Both the position numbers and the translations under genes were made by a program. Shown here in pieces: positions 1 to 16,215 of a DNA stretch of 64,000 nucleotides. Under the pieces are notes generated by a model. That model saw only the letters and a list, made by a program, of their open reading frames with translations. It had not been told where the DNA came from and made no database searches. This stretch comes from Sminthopsis crassicaudata. Lineage: Eukaryota. How positions within the stretch are numbered: the first letter of the stretch is position 1; every line of letters begins with the position of its first letter. The stretch covers positions 295,817,765 to 295,881,764 of the forward strand of contig NC_133620.1 in NCBI RefSeq assembly GCF_048593235.1. Reading direction: 5' to 3'.

Positions 1-98
1 AAGTCTTGGCTACAGAATGTGAGAAAGGCTTACTCACAAGGTAGAAATTAAAATCAAGACAGAGATAGTATAAAAAACTCCAAGTGATAGAAAAAGTT

Positions 99-3000
99 CT
101 ACATAACATCCACAAAAAACTCACTAGGGTTGCCCATGGCTAAATGGAAGCTCTGGCGGCTGGCAGTTAGCTCAGGCGGTACAGAGCCCAGGTCACGCAC
201 AGGAGGTGCCCCAGGAGGCTGAACTGCTGGAGGTGGTGGGGGAGGCATCATAACCACCATCATGGGATTGTATGGTAGGGTCACACCAGAGGGTGGCCCA
301 TAGGGATGGAGATTAGGGTGGGAACGAAGGCTGCTGCTACCCCCACCTAGTCCCCTGGGTGGAGGAAGAGTGGTATCACTGGAATCCCCACCCCAGTGGA
401 GGCTGCCACCACGACTTGATGGTTCTGATTCACTGCCACTGCCTGACTTGGACTCTGGACCCCGATCTTCAGGTCTCCCCGTCCGTCCTATTCCCCCATC
501 ACTTCTAGTAGACCCACTGCTCCGGCTTCCTGAGAAGAGGGGATGGAAAGATTTAGAACATCCACAGAAGCACTGTAATGTTCCCTTCTAGTCCCATTTA
601 CACTTGTTGTAAGTAACCAACTCTCTCCAGTCACTCCAAGCCCACTCAATGTGTAACTCACCTTCACTATGCTGGCTTCCGGCACTGCCCCCTCCATAGC
701 TGTAGGATGAGAGCTCATGGTAAGGGGGAGGCTGGGGGCTGTAGGGATGTGGGGCTGGGTACTGGTAGGAGAAAGTAGGCAGCAGGGGCCAGGGTGTGGC
801 CCCAGGCAGGGGAGCCAATGTGTCCTGGTCAGAAGCTCCACTTGATCCATCATTATCGTTCAGAGACAGATTCACAAGGTCTGAAGGGAAGGAGAGAACA
901 TTCTGGGTTTCAAGAATCTTAAGATCTTCAGCCTCTGAGCTACTAAAGCTGTTTTTTCAAGGGCATCTTAGAACTGGGGTGGTTTGGGACCAAGGGAGGA
1001 AGATTGTTGTGCCAATCCAACTTTCTTAAGGACTTTCCCTCCAACAGGAAAAGAATCGATTTTCATAAGATTGAGAACTAGAAAGGATCTTACTTCTAAA
1101 AAACAAGGAAACTGGCTTAGTAATTTACCCATGGTCAGACAAGTTTGGAATTGCAGAGCGAGGATTCGAACTTAAGCCTCTGTGTCCAACATTCTATTTG
1201 TCCTTTACATTGTTTATCTGCCCCCAACCCCAAGTGAGGCTTATGGTTTTTGAGAGACAAATGTTGAGGCAGGAATGCTCAATCAGGGAGGATTGAACAT
1301 TCCCAGGTCAGGAAGTAATAGAAAAGGAGGAAATGTCTTACAGCTTTCACATCCCCCACTGAGGTCCCCGAAGACATAGTAACACTGTTCAGAAAAGGTG
1401 ATCTTGTTGACAGTATGCCGGATGAGGCCTGCTTTGAGCAATCCACTGGCATATTTCCTTGCCTCACGCCGCTCAGGGAACCCTTCTACATGATGGTAAA
1501 GCCAGTCCACTACATCTGAACCTGTTATAGACAAGGATGCAGAAAGAATATCATAAAGGGCAACATGGATACCAGCTTCAGTCCTCCCTTCTTGTTAGTC
1601 CTCCTTACCCAGAAAAGCATTAGGGATAGTTATCTTGAGCCACATTCGGTCTCGGACCTCCAACCCAGAGTCAGGGGCTGCCATGGCCTTGGTCACAGAT
1701 GCCATGTCTGTGTGTATAGAAAGGCTTCGTCCTTCACAGCCTGGGGGGGGGGGGGAAATATGCATGCTGAGGACAGGGACTGTACTTATGTGTCCCAAGA
1801 AGAAGAGAATAAACTGAGGAAATGAGTCAGAAAGACATGGCGTGGCCTTGGCTAAGCCAATGGCCATTCCATCCTTCTGAGAGTTCTGGAGTCAGGACTT
1901 TGGCTTCCCCTGTGGGGAAAGACAATATCACTAAATAAGGCCTTACCGTCAGGCAGGGAGGAGCCTGAAGTTATGGTGCTCATGGAAGAAGAGCCTGGGT
2001 AGGTAGGGAAGGCACCAGTGAGTGCTGCTGAATGAGAGACCCAGGCAGCAGGGTCAATAGGCTGGATTGGCTCATCTGAGAGAAAGAAAAGAAAGAAAAT
2101 AACAAAAGAGCAGAATTAGATCACTTCACTTTCCAGAGGCATTTGATCCACCTCTATGGGTATATATACTCCCTACAATTCCTCAGCCTCCTTTCTCTTT
2201 AAAGACCCAAGATTCTCCCTGTTTCCCTAAGCCACTAGATTTTATGCTCTCTCCTTCCAAAAAAGAGATCACTCACTTCTAGGGAGTGTGAAGTAAGCCT
2301 GAGGTGAGGGATCCCAACACTTGGCCACTGTTAACACAATGGGGCTGTAAGAGAAGAGGACTTGGTCAGTCTCATGGAAAGACAATATAAGATGGGACAG
2401 TTGAGAGACATGCTAGGATAGGAAATTAGAACAAAAGATACAGAAAGAAAAGGAAGGTTTCAAGGGAATAAGATATGGAAGGAGGGAGCAGAAATAAAGT
2501 GGGCAAGTGAAAGAAAGGTCAGGTGGGTAGAAGGGAGCCAGAGTAAGAGAGAAACCATAAGAAAAGAGCTGAGAAGACTACAAACAATGAGAGATTGGTT
2601 CTTAGCCTCACCCAGGCTTGTGCACAATCTCTCTCAGCACCCGTACAGCATCATCATTACTCATGTTTTCAAAGTTCATGTCATTCACCTGGGGGGGGGG
2701 AGTGTGAGAGAATAAAGGTGAGAAGGCAGCTAAGGGCCCCAAGGAAGGGGGGAAAACCTGTGCTACTATGCACACCTGCAGTAGCATGTCCCCTGGTTCA
2801 ATTCGCCCATCTGCAGCCACAGCACCACCCTTCATGATAGAGCCAATGTAGATGCCGCCATCGCCACGTTCATTGCTTTGGCCCACAATGGAGATGCCCA
2901 GGAAATTGTACTTCTCTGTGGAGGCATTTTGTTTGGCAGTTTGATTCCCCATCCTCTAGAGACTCAGATGAACAAATCCCACTAAATAGCTACTAAAATC

Positions 3001-6000
3001 CCAGCAATCCCAACCTCCTCCCATTCTAGAATCCCAGACTTCCAATTGCCCCCATACCCATGTTGAGAGTAACTGTGATGATGTTGAGAGACATGGTGGA
3101 ATCCGTTACACTGCTGAAGGATGAGGTCTGTAGTGGAGAGAAAGTAAGGACAATGAAGTTTTTTATTCCCTTTTCTAACTAACCACCTCTATAAACCTTA
3201 TTCCCATCATCTCTATTTCAATCAAAACTTATGCAGACCCAGTTTTTCCATTTCCCAATTCTACCCATTAGTTTCCCTCAGAGACTCCCTCAGAGGTGCC
3301 TGGCCACATCACCCTCTCCAGTCGAGGTGGTCGTTGTTTTCTCCTCCGACGGTGTCTCTTTAGGAGTCGGGAAGCACTGCTCTGCTCTGTGGAGCTACTA
3401 AACCTAATAAGGATAATGTGGGCAAAAAAGATCAGGAGTCTAATGGAAACAGTAAGCTGAGTAGGAAAGCAAGAAGTGTGAAGTCAGATTAGGAAAAGAT
3501 ATAAGCCATACCTGCTCATAGTATCATCTTCATCTGAATCTCCCAGGCTGGTATTCTCTAGCTCACTAGTTAGGAGAGTAGAGGAGCTCTCATAACCAGC
3601 CAGGTGCCGCTCCAGGCGGGAAGAACCACTAGGTCGATGGCTCCCACCTAGTCAGATAAAGGGTTTTAGCGGCTGGATTTGTGCTCCAGGAGATCCAAAT
3701 CTAGTTTCCTATGTCCCTGGTTTGTTCTCTGCCTTTCATTGCTCCTATCCCTTTGGGGATTCACATGTTCAGACTACATAAACCCCGCCACGTTTTTTCA
3801 GAATTTAGGAGTGCTATTGCCCTCACCATGATCGATGCTCTCTCTCCGTCTGGACCGCTCCCGTCTCAGTGATATCACTGACTCTGTTTCTGTCTCAGGC
3901 TCCAGGTTCTCTCGGCTGCTAGATACATTAGGGCTAGAAAAGGAATGGGGTCGGGGAAAGATGTAATGGTGATAGGATTGTTCTTAAAAGTAATGCTTAT
4001 CAACTAGCCCCAGAATCTGACGTTCTCCCTTTTCTTCCCACTCCCATCACCAACAAGACTCCCCAGGACTCACTGGAATGATGGAGGCCTTGAATCTCCT
4101 ATGCCACTAGTCCTCTCAGGAGGCAGAGGAGGTAGTGGCGGGGGTGGAGATGAGGGTTCTGGCCGAGGTTCAGAGGCTGGGGGGTTATTCTCTGGCTGTG
4201 AGCTATCTGAGGACACAAGCTACAGATATGGGGAACAAGGATCAAAAAATTAAAGAAAGGTAAGAACAGAGTAAAAATTCTGGTGGGGAAATAAATGGGA
4301 GGAAGAGGGGGATTGAAGCCAAGGAAAATCTGGAAAGGAACCCAAGATGGAAAAATAAAATCTGGAAACCATAACAAGAGAATCCCAAGAGACCCACAGA
4401 ATGATTAAATTAGGATTTATGGGACTAAATTATTTTGGGGAAGGGGACTAGGAAAAGGGAAAGCCCCTAGGCAGGGGTACAGGCAGCTAATCAGTTATTC
4501 CTTTTAAGGAAACTAGAGGGGTTAGTAATGTTGAAGGGTCCCCCCACAACCTAAGCTATCATACCCAAGAGACAACTCTCCCATTGAAACAGGGCAATCT
4601 GGCATTGTCATCTGAAATCTCTTCCTTCACCACCCTGTAAGGAAATGGGAATAGAGTTAATAGGGCTAGATAAAACATTACCATTTCAAAGGTTCTGTTT
4701 TTGAATGTGTCAGCCTTCTTTCTGAAACTCTCCTAACTGGATGGGGAGATGGGGCCTTTTAAAGAGGTTATTTCTCTTCTCCAATCCCTCAATTTGACAA
4801 CAGACCAGCTGACTATTACTAGGTAGGAGAATCCTCTTCCTCCCCCCAGGAATTCTTCCTATGTCCTTTTACTTTTCTTCTCAACCAAAATTAGGAACTT
4901 GGTAATTCTAAATGTTTTTTTGTGTCTACTTGAAACTCTTTAGCTTAATCTTCAAGAGTCATCCACCCAAGCTCACTCAACCTCATTAAACTGTATTTGC
5001 CCTACCACAAGACTTGATCTATCCATCCCAGTTAGATAAATATTAATCCTTTCTTTTGCCCCTTCTGGCAGACACCAAACCTTTGCTGATATATGTCCCT
5101 CTATTTTCCAAATCCCCAACTCTCCCTAATTTCCTAATCTCTTCCAATGGGAGTCCTAACGGATCTCAGTAATCCCCATCTTTCATTCCACCATTATCTT
5201 ACAGGCACTTGTGTCTTTAAGCTGTGTTCAGGCAGTGAATGTTTTCCTTCCCCCCCCCCCTCCCCCCAATATCTAGAAATCCTTTCAAATCAATGCCATC
5301 TACACTTGGGTTTTCTGCCTGTGTGTAGGTGAGTACCCCATCATAACAGCCAAGAGTGGGACTGTGTCTCTCCCAACAGTATGGGAGACCACACCTCATT
5401 GGATCCCAAACTCCAAAGGAATGACAACTCTCCCTCTTTGTGGTTTCGCCAGCACAAGGTACTAAACAACGAAAAGAGAGGAAGACCCATTAATCCTACA
5501 ACGTTCAAATTTCTTAATCCTTCGACTTTGATCCAGGCCTTTATGACCATGTAACTCTTCGGTGATCAAACTGACATTGGCCCCTAACTGTATATTCTCC
5601 ATAACTTGCCTTTCAGTTTAATACTAAACTGAGGCCCAAATTAATTCACTTTGACTATTTTCTCTCCGGGATTTGCTTTATCAAGACTCTTATTAGAATA
5701 AAGAGACATTCCCTAGCCTTCACCCTAGTACAGTCCAGGAAATCCTCATCAAAGTAATAGTTTACCTCGATGGATCTTGACAATAGGTGTAAGAAAAGTA
5801 CTGCAAACATCACATTGGAAGTCAGTGTGGAGAGAAAACTAGCTCAAGTCTAGCGATCTGGGTTCTATTTCTGGCTCTGATATTTAATTGTGTAACTGGA
5901 CAAAATCAATCTCTCAGTGCCTCAGTTTACTCATCAGTAAAATCAGGTTTAATTTTAAGATCGTTCAAAAAGACACTAAGACTTTTGGGACACGCTGTAT

Positions 6001-6393
6001 TATTTCTCGACCTACCCTCCCAAAGTTCTTGGAGCCCAAGTGCCATCTATCTCCAGTTATAACAAAGCGGAAAACTGAGATGAGTTCAAAGGCTTGGATC
6101 GTCCCGCCAGGGTAAGGCAGTGGCCCCTCGGACCCCGCGCCACCACCGCCGCCACGCCTCCCGGCCGCTCGGGCGGGCCCTGGGCCCCGCGCTCACCCGA
6201 AATCCTGGTCCATTGACTTGAAGTAGTATTTGGCCCCGGCGGGGCGCTGCAGGACGCTCTTAAAGTCTCCCAAGGTGATGCGCTCGGCCGGGACCGGGAT
6301 CTTGACTAGGTACGGAGTTTCCTCTTCGTCCAGATGGTAAATCACCTTAGTCTCCCCGGCCCCGCTAAGTCCAGCGGCGCTGCTGCCCGCCAT
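99..6393 (-). CDS. DVL2: Dishevelled-2, 15 coding exons, 730 aa
   Basis: Exons (minus): 6197-6393, 4565-4634, 4074-4219, 3827-3933, 3512-3647, 3313-3403, 3058-3127, 2776-2915, 2612-2688, 2277-2344, 1947-2075, 1609-1740, 1342-1521, 662-880, 99-529; total 2193 nt, all GT-AG, frame continuous. DIX ([20 protein letters not shown]), PDZ ([22 protein letters not shown]), DEP ([21 protein letters not shown]) and C-terminal [12 protein letters not shown]. The 3'UTR runs off the left edge. Confidence 0.98.
1060..1190 (-). mobile_element. MIR-family SINE fragment (DVL2 intron 13)
   Basis: Degenerate core: gaaactgg..taatttacccatggtca..ggattcgaac. Confidence 0.5.
5815..5960 (+). mobile_element. MIR-family SINE (DVL2 intron 1)
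   Basis: ctgggttctatttctggctctg..tgtgtaactggacaa..tctcagtgcctcagtttactcatcagtaaaat. Confidence 0.65.
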
Positions 6394-6810
6394 GGTCCGT
6401 CCGCGTCGCCCTCCCCGCCTTGATGCTCCCCTCTCCCACCAGACCGAGCCCAGCAGCCTATGCCGCCGCGCTTGCGCATACAAGCGCCTGGCCTAGCCAA
6501 CCGAACCCAAGCATACTAGGTGAAGGGAGGAGGGGGCGGAGCCCAGACTCGCTCTCCTCCACACCCCACACCAGCAGTACTTACACCTTCAAAGTGAACG
6601 CCCTCCCGGCTCTTCGCCCTCCAACCCAGCCTCACGCCACACACTTCCCACTGCCGCCGCCTCACGTGACACGGTGCGCCTCACTTCCGGCTTCTCGGTT
6701 CCCTAATCACGTGAGGACTCCCCAGAATCTGCCTACCCACGGTGCTGTTTCTTTCCTCACCTTCAATCTCCCAATCCCCAGTCAAAAGTCCCGCCCCTAA
6801 AATTAACCCC
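6100..6810 (-). promoter_or_regulatory. DVL2 CpG-island promoter
   Basis: CpG-rich region. TCACGTGA E-boxes at 6662-6669 and 6707-6714, ETS CACTTCCGG at 6682-6690, GC box near 6790, NRF1-like TGCGCAT near 6473. Confidence 0.8.
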
Positions 6811-7187
6811 CACTCCCACTAAAATCCAAGGATTAAGACAACGCACATTTTTGCGACCACCAACCCTCTTGTACTTCTGTCTTCATATATCCTTATCGTC
6901 CTGTTCCCCCTCCTCTCTGCCGAGTAGAGACCCTCGCTGAAAGCCAGCTGCTAGAGACTTTCCTACTTATGGTCCAAAGAACTATATGCGAACGTGTAAA
7001 CCTGGAAACCGGAGCAGCTGGGTCCTTTCATTGTATAGAGCAGCAAACAGTTTAGCTCTCAGTATTGGGAATAGGGGGTAAGGGGAATATGATAATCTAG
7101 CACTGCTTTCCCTTGGCTTCTACATCAGACCTTCGAAGAAGGAAAGTGAAGGGTCACAGGGCTATAAACACAAAAGAGCCCACTTTG

Positions 7188-7193
7188 TTTTAT
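7188..7193 (-). terminator. PHF23 polyadenylation signal AATAAA
   Basis: TTTATT on the + strand, about 590 nt downstream of the PHF23 stop. Confidence 0.7.
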
Positions 7194-7778
7194 TTACAAA
7201 CACGCTGTATGTACAAGCAGCTGGCCAATATTATTAAAACAAAGAAGTAGGTAGATGATAGAAATATCACCTGTCCCACACAAAAGACAGAGACCCATGT
7301 GTTACCTTCCTTTGGCCACCTGAGCCAAAAGGTTTTCAAAAGGAAAGAAATGGGAGAAAGGGTTCAAGAAAATAAAAGGTAAGAATCCAAACAAATGATG
7401 GAAGAAAGGGGTAGGCAATGCTATGTTACACTAGAGGTATAGTCAACTGCCTCACCCCACCCTGATTCCAACCCTAGTTTGGGCTGGTGGATATGGGAGT
7501 AAGCAGGATCAACTGGCAGAACAGTGAAGGGATGAAGTAGGGAATCTTAGGAAGAGGGACACCTTCCTGTTCAATGGATCAAAATTCAAGTCCTAAAGGC
7601 TTGAGGGGAAAGACCCATTCATTCCCAAGCAAGCCTTTCTTGAGAATCCCCACCTCATAATAGGACAGTGTTCAAATCCCAATGGATCAGTGGCAACATA
7701 GGGACCCCCATCGTGGTGGTGATGTCTCTGGGAAGAGTTCCAACTTGGAAATAGGAGAGGTTTGGGGTGGGTCGGATC

Positions 7779-10700
7779 TTAGGGCTCTCCAGGCTTAGAG
7801 AGACCACTGGACCGACGGGCCTCTGGTCGCAACTCCTTGCACTTCTGGCAGTAAAATATATCAGGGACGTTGGTCTTCTTAATCTTAGCACATGAAAGAT
7901 GGATCCATGTTCCACATAAACTGCACTCAATCATGGGCCTCCCTGCAAAAGGCTTCTGGCAATAACAGGTGATCAAGTCCCATGAGTCATCGCCTGGGAG
8001 AAGGGATGTTTGTGATCAGTTTCTGATGAGGACTCAAGTCTACAGAAATTCAAGCACTCCCCCATCCCAAAGAACCCACTACTCCCTTCAGGGACAAAAG
8101 TATATGTCCTTCTCTATTTCCACCCCTTCTCCCCAGTATATTTCCCTCAAACACCCTTCTTACCTGATTCTACCATGATGTCTTCATCCATTACCCGCAT
8201 TTCACCCTCACTGGAGCTCCCATCCCCATCCTGGCTCGTCTCTGTGCTCCCCACTTCCTTGGCTTCACTCTCTGTAGGGATACCTCCTGGTGGGGTTGAG
8301 GTGAGGGGCCGAGGGGCCTCAGGGGGTGGAGGGAGTAAAGAAGCTGGGGCCTCACCCCCACAACTGCCTGCTACTGCTGTTGTCACTGCTACTATTTCAT
8401 CTTCTTCCTCCTCCTCTTCCTCTTCCTCTTCTTCAGAGTCTGTGTCACTGGGAAGAGCTCGAAGGGGCCCAGAAGGGGGGGGTCGATCCCCCCTCTCTGG
8501 CTTTTTCAACTTTCGCTTCTTACTCTTTTTTATTCTTGATCTCTTCTCACCATCTGCAGGAGCTGACCGGGGCCTCCGAAGCACTCCAAAGTTTCCTCCC
8601 CCACCTGGCCCCAATTTTCGGTTCTTTCGGTCCTTTTTTCGGGAAGGTTGAGGGAGATCCTCCTGGGAAGCAATGACAGGGGTAAGGGTAGTAGGGGCCC
8701 GAGGAGCATGTGTTGGGGGTGCAGGGACCAGAGGGGGTGCCACTTTGGGTCCATCCAGATCAAAGAGAGAGTCCTTAAGCTTCATCTTCTCAAGCAGTGT
8801 AGCATTGTCAGAGGCCTGCAGTCGAGGAAAGGTGGGCCCTGGTGGAGGGGGGCCTGCTTGGGCAGCCCTCCTTTTGGAAGATTTAGCCTTTTTGACAAAA
8901 GTCTGGATGGTTCGAAGGTCTGAAGGGGCTGAATCCCAGCCATCACTATCTGCAGCACTCTCTCCCCGAAATGGTGAACTAGAGCCAGAGGCTGGCCAGT
9001 CACTTTCCTAGGGGTGGGTGGGAAGGGAGGTTAAGTATTGGTGCTCTCTTTCAACAAAGTTCCAACTCCATTCCATTCCCCACACCTTTAGACACATCAG
9101 ACTAAACCACAATCAGGTACTAGAGTCTGAGACTCTTGCACAGTTAAATTCTCCAAGTTTAACTAATTCTCTGCAAAGGCCAACAATCCCCAAACACCTC
9201 CATGAAATCTCTTTTGCTTCCAGAACCCCTATTTCCCCCATGATCCATTATCTTAATCTTAATCATATTAATAGAAATAATAACCATCCACAGTACACAG
9301 AACTCTTAAGGTTTGCAAATGGAATTCCTTAAATGGACAGTTTAAGGATCACCCCAATTTTATAAATACCTATGATCATTGCTAATGGTTATCTTGGACA
9401 AGATTTGAGCCAAGGATTCATGACACTAAATGAAACACTGGATACCTTTAATCTTCTTACCTACTTACTCCCCCCCCCCACAAGATCCCAAGAATGCCTC
9501 CAAGAACCTCAAAATTTTCCAGCATACTCAAAATCCCAAACAAAACTATAATAACCAATTGTCCTATTTCCCTAATTCTGCCCTACCCCAACTAGCTGCA
9601 TTAACCTTACCTCTACTAATTCTAATCCTAAATTTCTCCATTTTCAATATCCTTCAATTCTCCATCCTAACCATCTCCTAACCCCATATTCACCTATCCA
9701 TTTCATTCTTCATGACCTTCTAGACTTCTGAAACTACCCCTGAATTCTGCTTTATTCCCTCCAGTCTTCCTAAATCTTACTTTAGCCTTCCCTCCCCCCC
9801 TTCCCCTTTATCCAAATCCTTCATGCTCTACCTCTTTGCTGGAGGGAATGTAGCCAGCATATGCCAAGACAAAACTGCAAAATTTGTTGAAGTCTTCAAT
9901 TGTTCGCCTTCGTTTTTCAGGGGGCTATAGAAAAAGAAAATAAGGATTGGGGTGGATCAAGGAAGCAGACATTTGGATCCCCAAAGGGAACAGTGGTCCA
10001 GAAGCAAAGTCCCTTGAAGGGGGAAATCTCACCTGGGCCTCTGGCTTCAAGTTCGGAGGAAGATCTGGAAAAATAAAATAAATAAAAGAGTTATGTCAAG
10101 GGACTGCAAAATCATATATATATGTTTCTTTTCTTCAACATTATTCTTTAAGGATCCCACTTCACTTCTTTCCTTTCCTTCCTACAGGAGGCAGGCCTGA
10201 GTGATTCTGCTATTTTCTTCCCAAGTAATCTTCCCGAGCTCACTGCCCAGTCTTCTAAGACTGGCTTGCATGTGTCCTCCCATGTTGATGTTTCTACGGG
10301 TTCTACTCTTACTTTTTTCCATTGTTACTCTTCCAGGCCCCAAGAACTCCTGGCTTTTCTGTTGCCTTTTATATGAAGCTCCCACTCCCCACATCATCAT
10401 TTTGGTTGGGACACTCCCACACATCATCATGTCCTGGGTCCAACTATTCTAATCTCTGGGTTCTCTTTTCAGACCAGTTCGAAGCTGAGGTTTAATCTAG
10501 CTTCATAATACCCCCTCCTCCTCGTCAGATCTTATTCTCAAGCCTGAACATGCAGCTCACCTCCCCCAACTCAATTAGAAGATTCCCTAGGTCCTATTCT
10601 TTAATTTGCAGACATTCTGCTTAGTATTCTGTCCATACTCTATCACTATTCTCTGACTCAATACTTCATACTTCAAAACTCTCTACTCCAACCTTCTCCT

Positions 10701-11420
10701 ATTTCCCGGCTTCTCAGCTTGGGGGTGTGTTTAGAAGGTGAAGGAGGCCCACCCTTAGGCTCCTCTTGTTTTCAGTGTCTCCCTCCAGCCCATTTTCTCC
10801 CAGCTACAATCCCCTCTATTAAGTCCTGGACAAGTCTCCAGTTTCTGGTCCTCATGGCTTTTCCAGCCCCTACCAATCAACTCCCCGGCTCCAGTTCCTT
10901 AGCCACCCTTCCCCTCCCCCAGCAGCTCCCAGACTCCAGTCACCTCCCCCTCCCAGCAGTTACCCAGTTCCACAGCACCCCTCCCCCGCAGCAGTTCCCC
11001 ATCCTTTCTCCTCCGGGCTGTTCCTCAACTAACCTGGACCTTCAAGCCCCCCAAAATTACCTGGCTCCGCACCTCCGATTTTATCCAATTTCACATTCAC
11101 TAGCCATTCTTGAACCCTCAACTGCACCCAGATCCACAGCAGATCCCCTCCCTGCCCGAAAAGCAGCACCAAAAGGCCGTTCCCCACAAGCTGCCCAGCT
11201 CCCCCCTTCCGGCGCAGTCCAAGGGCCCTCCCTCACCCCTTCCGAACGTCCGACCTCTCCCTCCAGTTCCTTCAGCCTCCGCTTCCCGGTCCTGGTATCC
11301 CAACTCATCACCCCTTCCCCCGGGGCTCTACGGAGCTCCCCGCCCCCCAAGTTTCCCAGTGACCAACTCCGGGTCCCCAGGCTCACCTTCGGGGCTGGGC
11401 TCCGCCATGGCTTCCAGCAT
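7779..11420 (-). CDS. PHF23: PHD finger protein 23, 5 coding exons, 405 aa
   Basis: Exons 11387-11420 ([11 protein letters not shown]), 10033-10064, 9832-9924 ([27 protein letters not shown]), 8164-9007 (contains [15 protein letters not shown] and a poly-Glu tract), 7779-7993 (C4HC3 PHD: [43 protein letters not shown]); total 1218 nt, GT-AG. Confidence 0.97.
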
Positions 11421-12050
11421 CGCCACCGCACCGCCCCTCCCCCCACCCCCCACCCCCAGACTCCCGGTGCTGTCTCCGGTGCCTCTACAGTCTTCCACCC
11501 TCCTGAGACTGTCTCAACCCTAACCCCAGCTCAAGTTTGGGTTCCGTCCTGCTATCCTGTCTTCTCCCGAGCTCCTCTGTCCCTTGTGGTTGAACCGCCT
11601 GGCTCCTGCCGCCTCCCGCACTCCCGGACCGGACCCCCCCCCCACCCCCCCGCGTCGCCTGCCGCCTGCTCCCTACTCCTCCCCTCCCCCTTCCTCTCCG
11701 CCCTCCGCCTCCAACGCGCAATGCACCACGGGGTACGTAGTCCTGGTTTATGTAGATATACGTGGACAGCGAAGACCAGCGTTACTACAATTCCCAGCAG
11801 TCCTAGTCTATGCGCAGGCGCACAGCTTTCTCGCCCCCCCCTCCAGTGGCGGGGAAAGGAGCTAAGGGGTGGCGGTGGGTGGTGGGGAATGACCGCAAGG
11901 GCTGCCGGGAACTGTAGGCTGGGCGGGATCGTAAAAAGAAAGGAAGGGAGAATCGTAGCTTCCGGCCACCTTACCGCCTCTCTGCTACTTCTCCACTTCT
12001 CAAGGGCGCTTCCAATCAGGCGGAAGCCGGGACTGCAGGGAGACATGATC
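11200..12050 (-). promoter_or_regulatory. PHF23 CpG-island promoter/5'UTR
   Basis: GC/CpG-rich around exon 1; CCAAT plus GGCGGAAG (ETS) near 12010-12030; ACTACAATTCCCAG (ZNF143/SBS-like) near 11783. Confidence 0.7.
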
Positions 12051-12319
12051 ACTGTCTTAGCTTGGGTTAAAGTGAGTTTCCCCTTTAGTCAGGCAAGGAT
12101 CCCTTCTCGTACACTGGGATATTCTAACACTATTTGTGTTAAATGTAGATGTGACAATGTTGTCTCCGAACTAATTCCATGGGAGAGGAATCGATCCTTC
12201 CCACTGTGACGAGCCTAAGGAAAGGGAGCAGGTAAAGACAGTCCCATTTCAACCTTCATGGGCCCCACGACGAAGAGCAGAAAAAGGGCAGGAAACAAGG
12301 CAGTTAAGTTGGTGGTTTC

Positions 12320-12325
12320 TTTATT
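12320..12325 (-). terminator. GABARAP polyadenylation signal AATAAA
   Basis: TTTATT on the + strand, about 500 nt after the GABARAP stop. Confidence 0.7.
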
Positions 12326-12821
12326 GATCTTCTCCACCCCCTGCCCATTCCCACCCCTCCACCCCGATCCCGTGGGAGGGAAGATGATGGAAGTGGAGGA
12401 GAGAGGAGGAATTGTAGGAACCGACGTCCCTTGGGAAGTCTGGGAAGGAACAGAAACCAAAACAATCATGAGACAAAGAGAAAAGGGGAATGGACAACCA
12501 AGAAAAGACTGGAGGAGAGGGGGAGGGGGGATAGGAAGGGGCAGAAAAAGGTTTAGGTCCAAGGGAGAAAAAAAGAAAATAGAGACATTGAGGGGTCTCC
12601 CCTACCCTTGCCCTCCCCAAACCCGGCCAGAATGGGCTGAAGGAAAGAGAGTATTAAACATTGCAAATTGCAGGTCCTGACAAGAGGTGGTGGTGTTTGT
12701 CTTCCAGCAGGGGGAAGAAACTGAGGAGAATGGGGTAGGTAGGGGAGAAGGAGAGGAAGAGAGAGGGGAACCCTCACTCTTCTTAGAGAAGGGCCCCCCC
12801 ACCCAGGGGCAGCAGGCAGCT

Positions 12822-15420
<2,599 letters not shown>

Positions 15421-16215
15421 CGGGGCATTTGTAAACAACTGCCCTATTCTCTGCCACTTTATGACCAGCCTCTCTTCTCATGCAGTTGCAGCGTAGGACT
15501 CCCTCAGGCAATCCTCTATCACTAGGCAAAACGTCTCTTTCATGGCTCCTGTCCGCTAGCTTTCACCAAAACACTTATTTCCTCTCCCTAAAGCAGGGGA
15601 GGATGAGGCAATAATACCCCTTCCCAGTGGCCCACCCATCCTCTTTCCCCAATTCTCAAGATCTGGGCACGTTCAATTTCAGTTATAATACACGGTTCAA
15701 TAGTGATAGGAAATCTTGGTTGGGAAGAGGTAGAAGAAGTGGGAAATGGAAAGGGAAAGAAGAGTTGGATGCTAAGATGTTGAGGAGGGCTGGACGAAGC
15801 CCTGTTCCCCTACCAAACCCACCCCTCAGAGTAGCAGTGAAGAATTAGATCTGTTTTTTACAAGTTTTTAAAAAAATCAAATCACAACAGAGCTGGTTTA
15901 GCATCTGTCTGACCCTCCCAGGTCAGTCTCTCCCTACCTCTGACCAGTCTTTCACCCCTGACATGGGGGCTGTTTTGGCCCTCCCAGGCCACAGTCTGTA
16001 TCCCAACCTGGAGTTTCCAGGGAGTGTGTGAACATGGTGAGGCTGTTTCGGTATCTGGGCTTGTATGTCCATCTGGCCTCCAAGTGGAGTGTAGATGGCC
16101 CAGGCCAGGCAGTCCTCAGAAATGGGCTAGGGATGGAGCAAGCAGCCCAAGGGCTCTCCCTCCCTTCCCCCGCTCCATTTGTGTGCGTGGGGGGATGGGG
16201 GTGGGGGAGTAGCTG

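Noticed and set aside
5330-5580. Coding-looking stretch in DVL2 intron 1
   Set aside because: No frame gave a recognisable protein or flanking TSD/poly(A); unresolved without a search.
6394-6483. 30-codon N-terminal extension of DVL2
   Set aside because: The ORF track begins at TTG; the ATG at 6393 has good context and matches the known N-terminus.
8175-9011. Several + strand ORFs
   Set aside because: Antisense shadows of PHF23 exon 4.
10719-12209. 496-aa + strand ORF
   Set aside because: Starts at a non-ATG codon, is low-complexity Pro/Ser-rich, and lies antisense across the PHF23 exon 1 CpG island; typical stop-poor GC-rich artefact.
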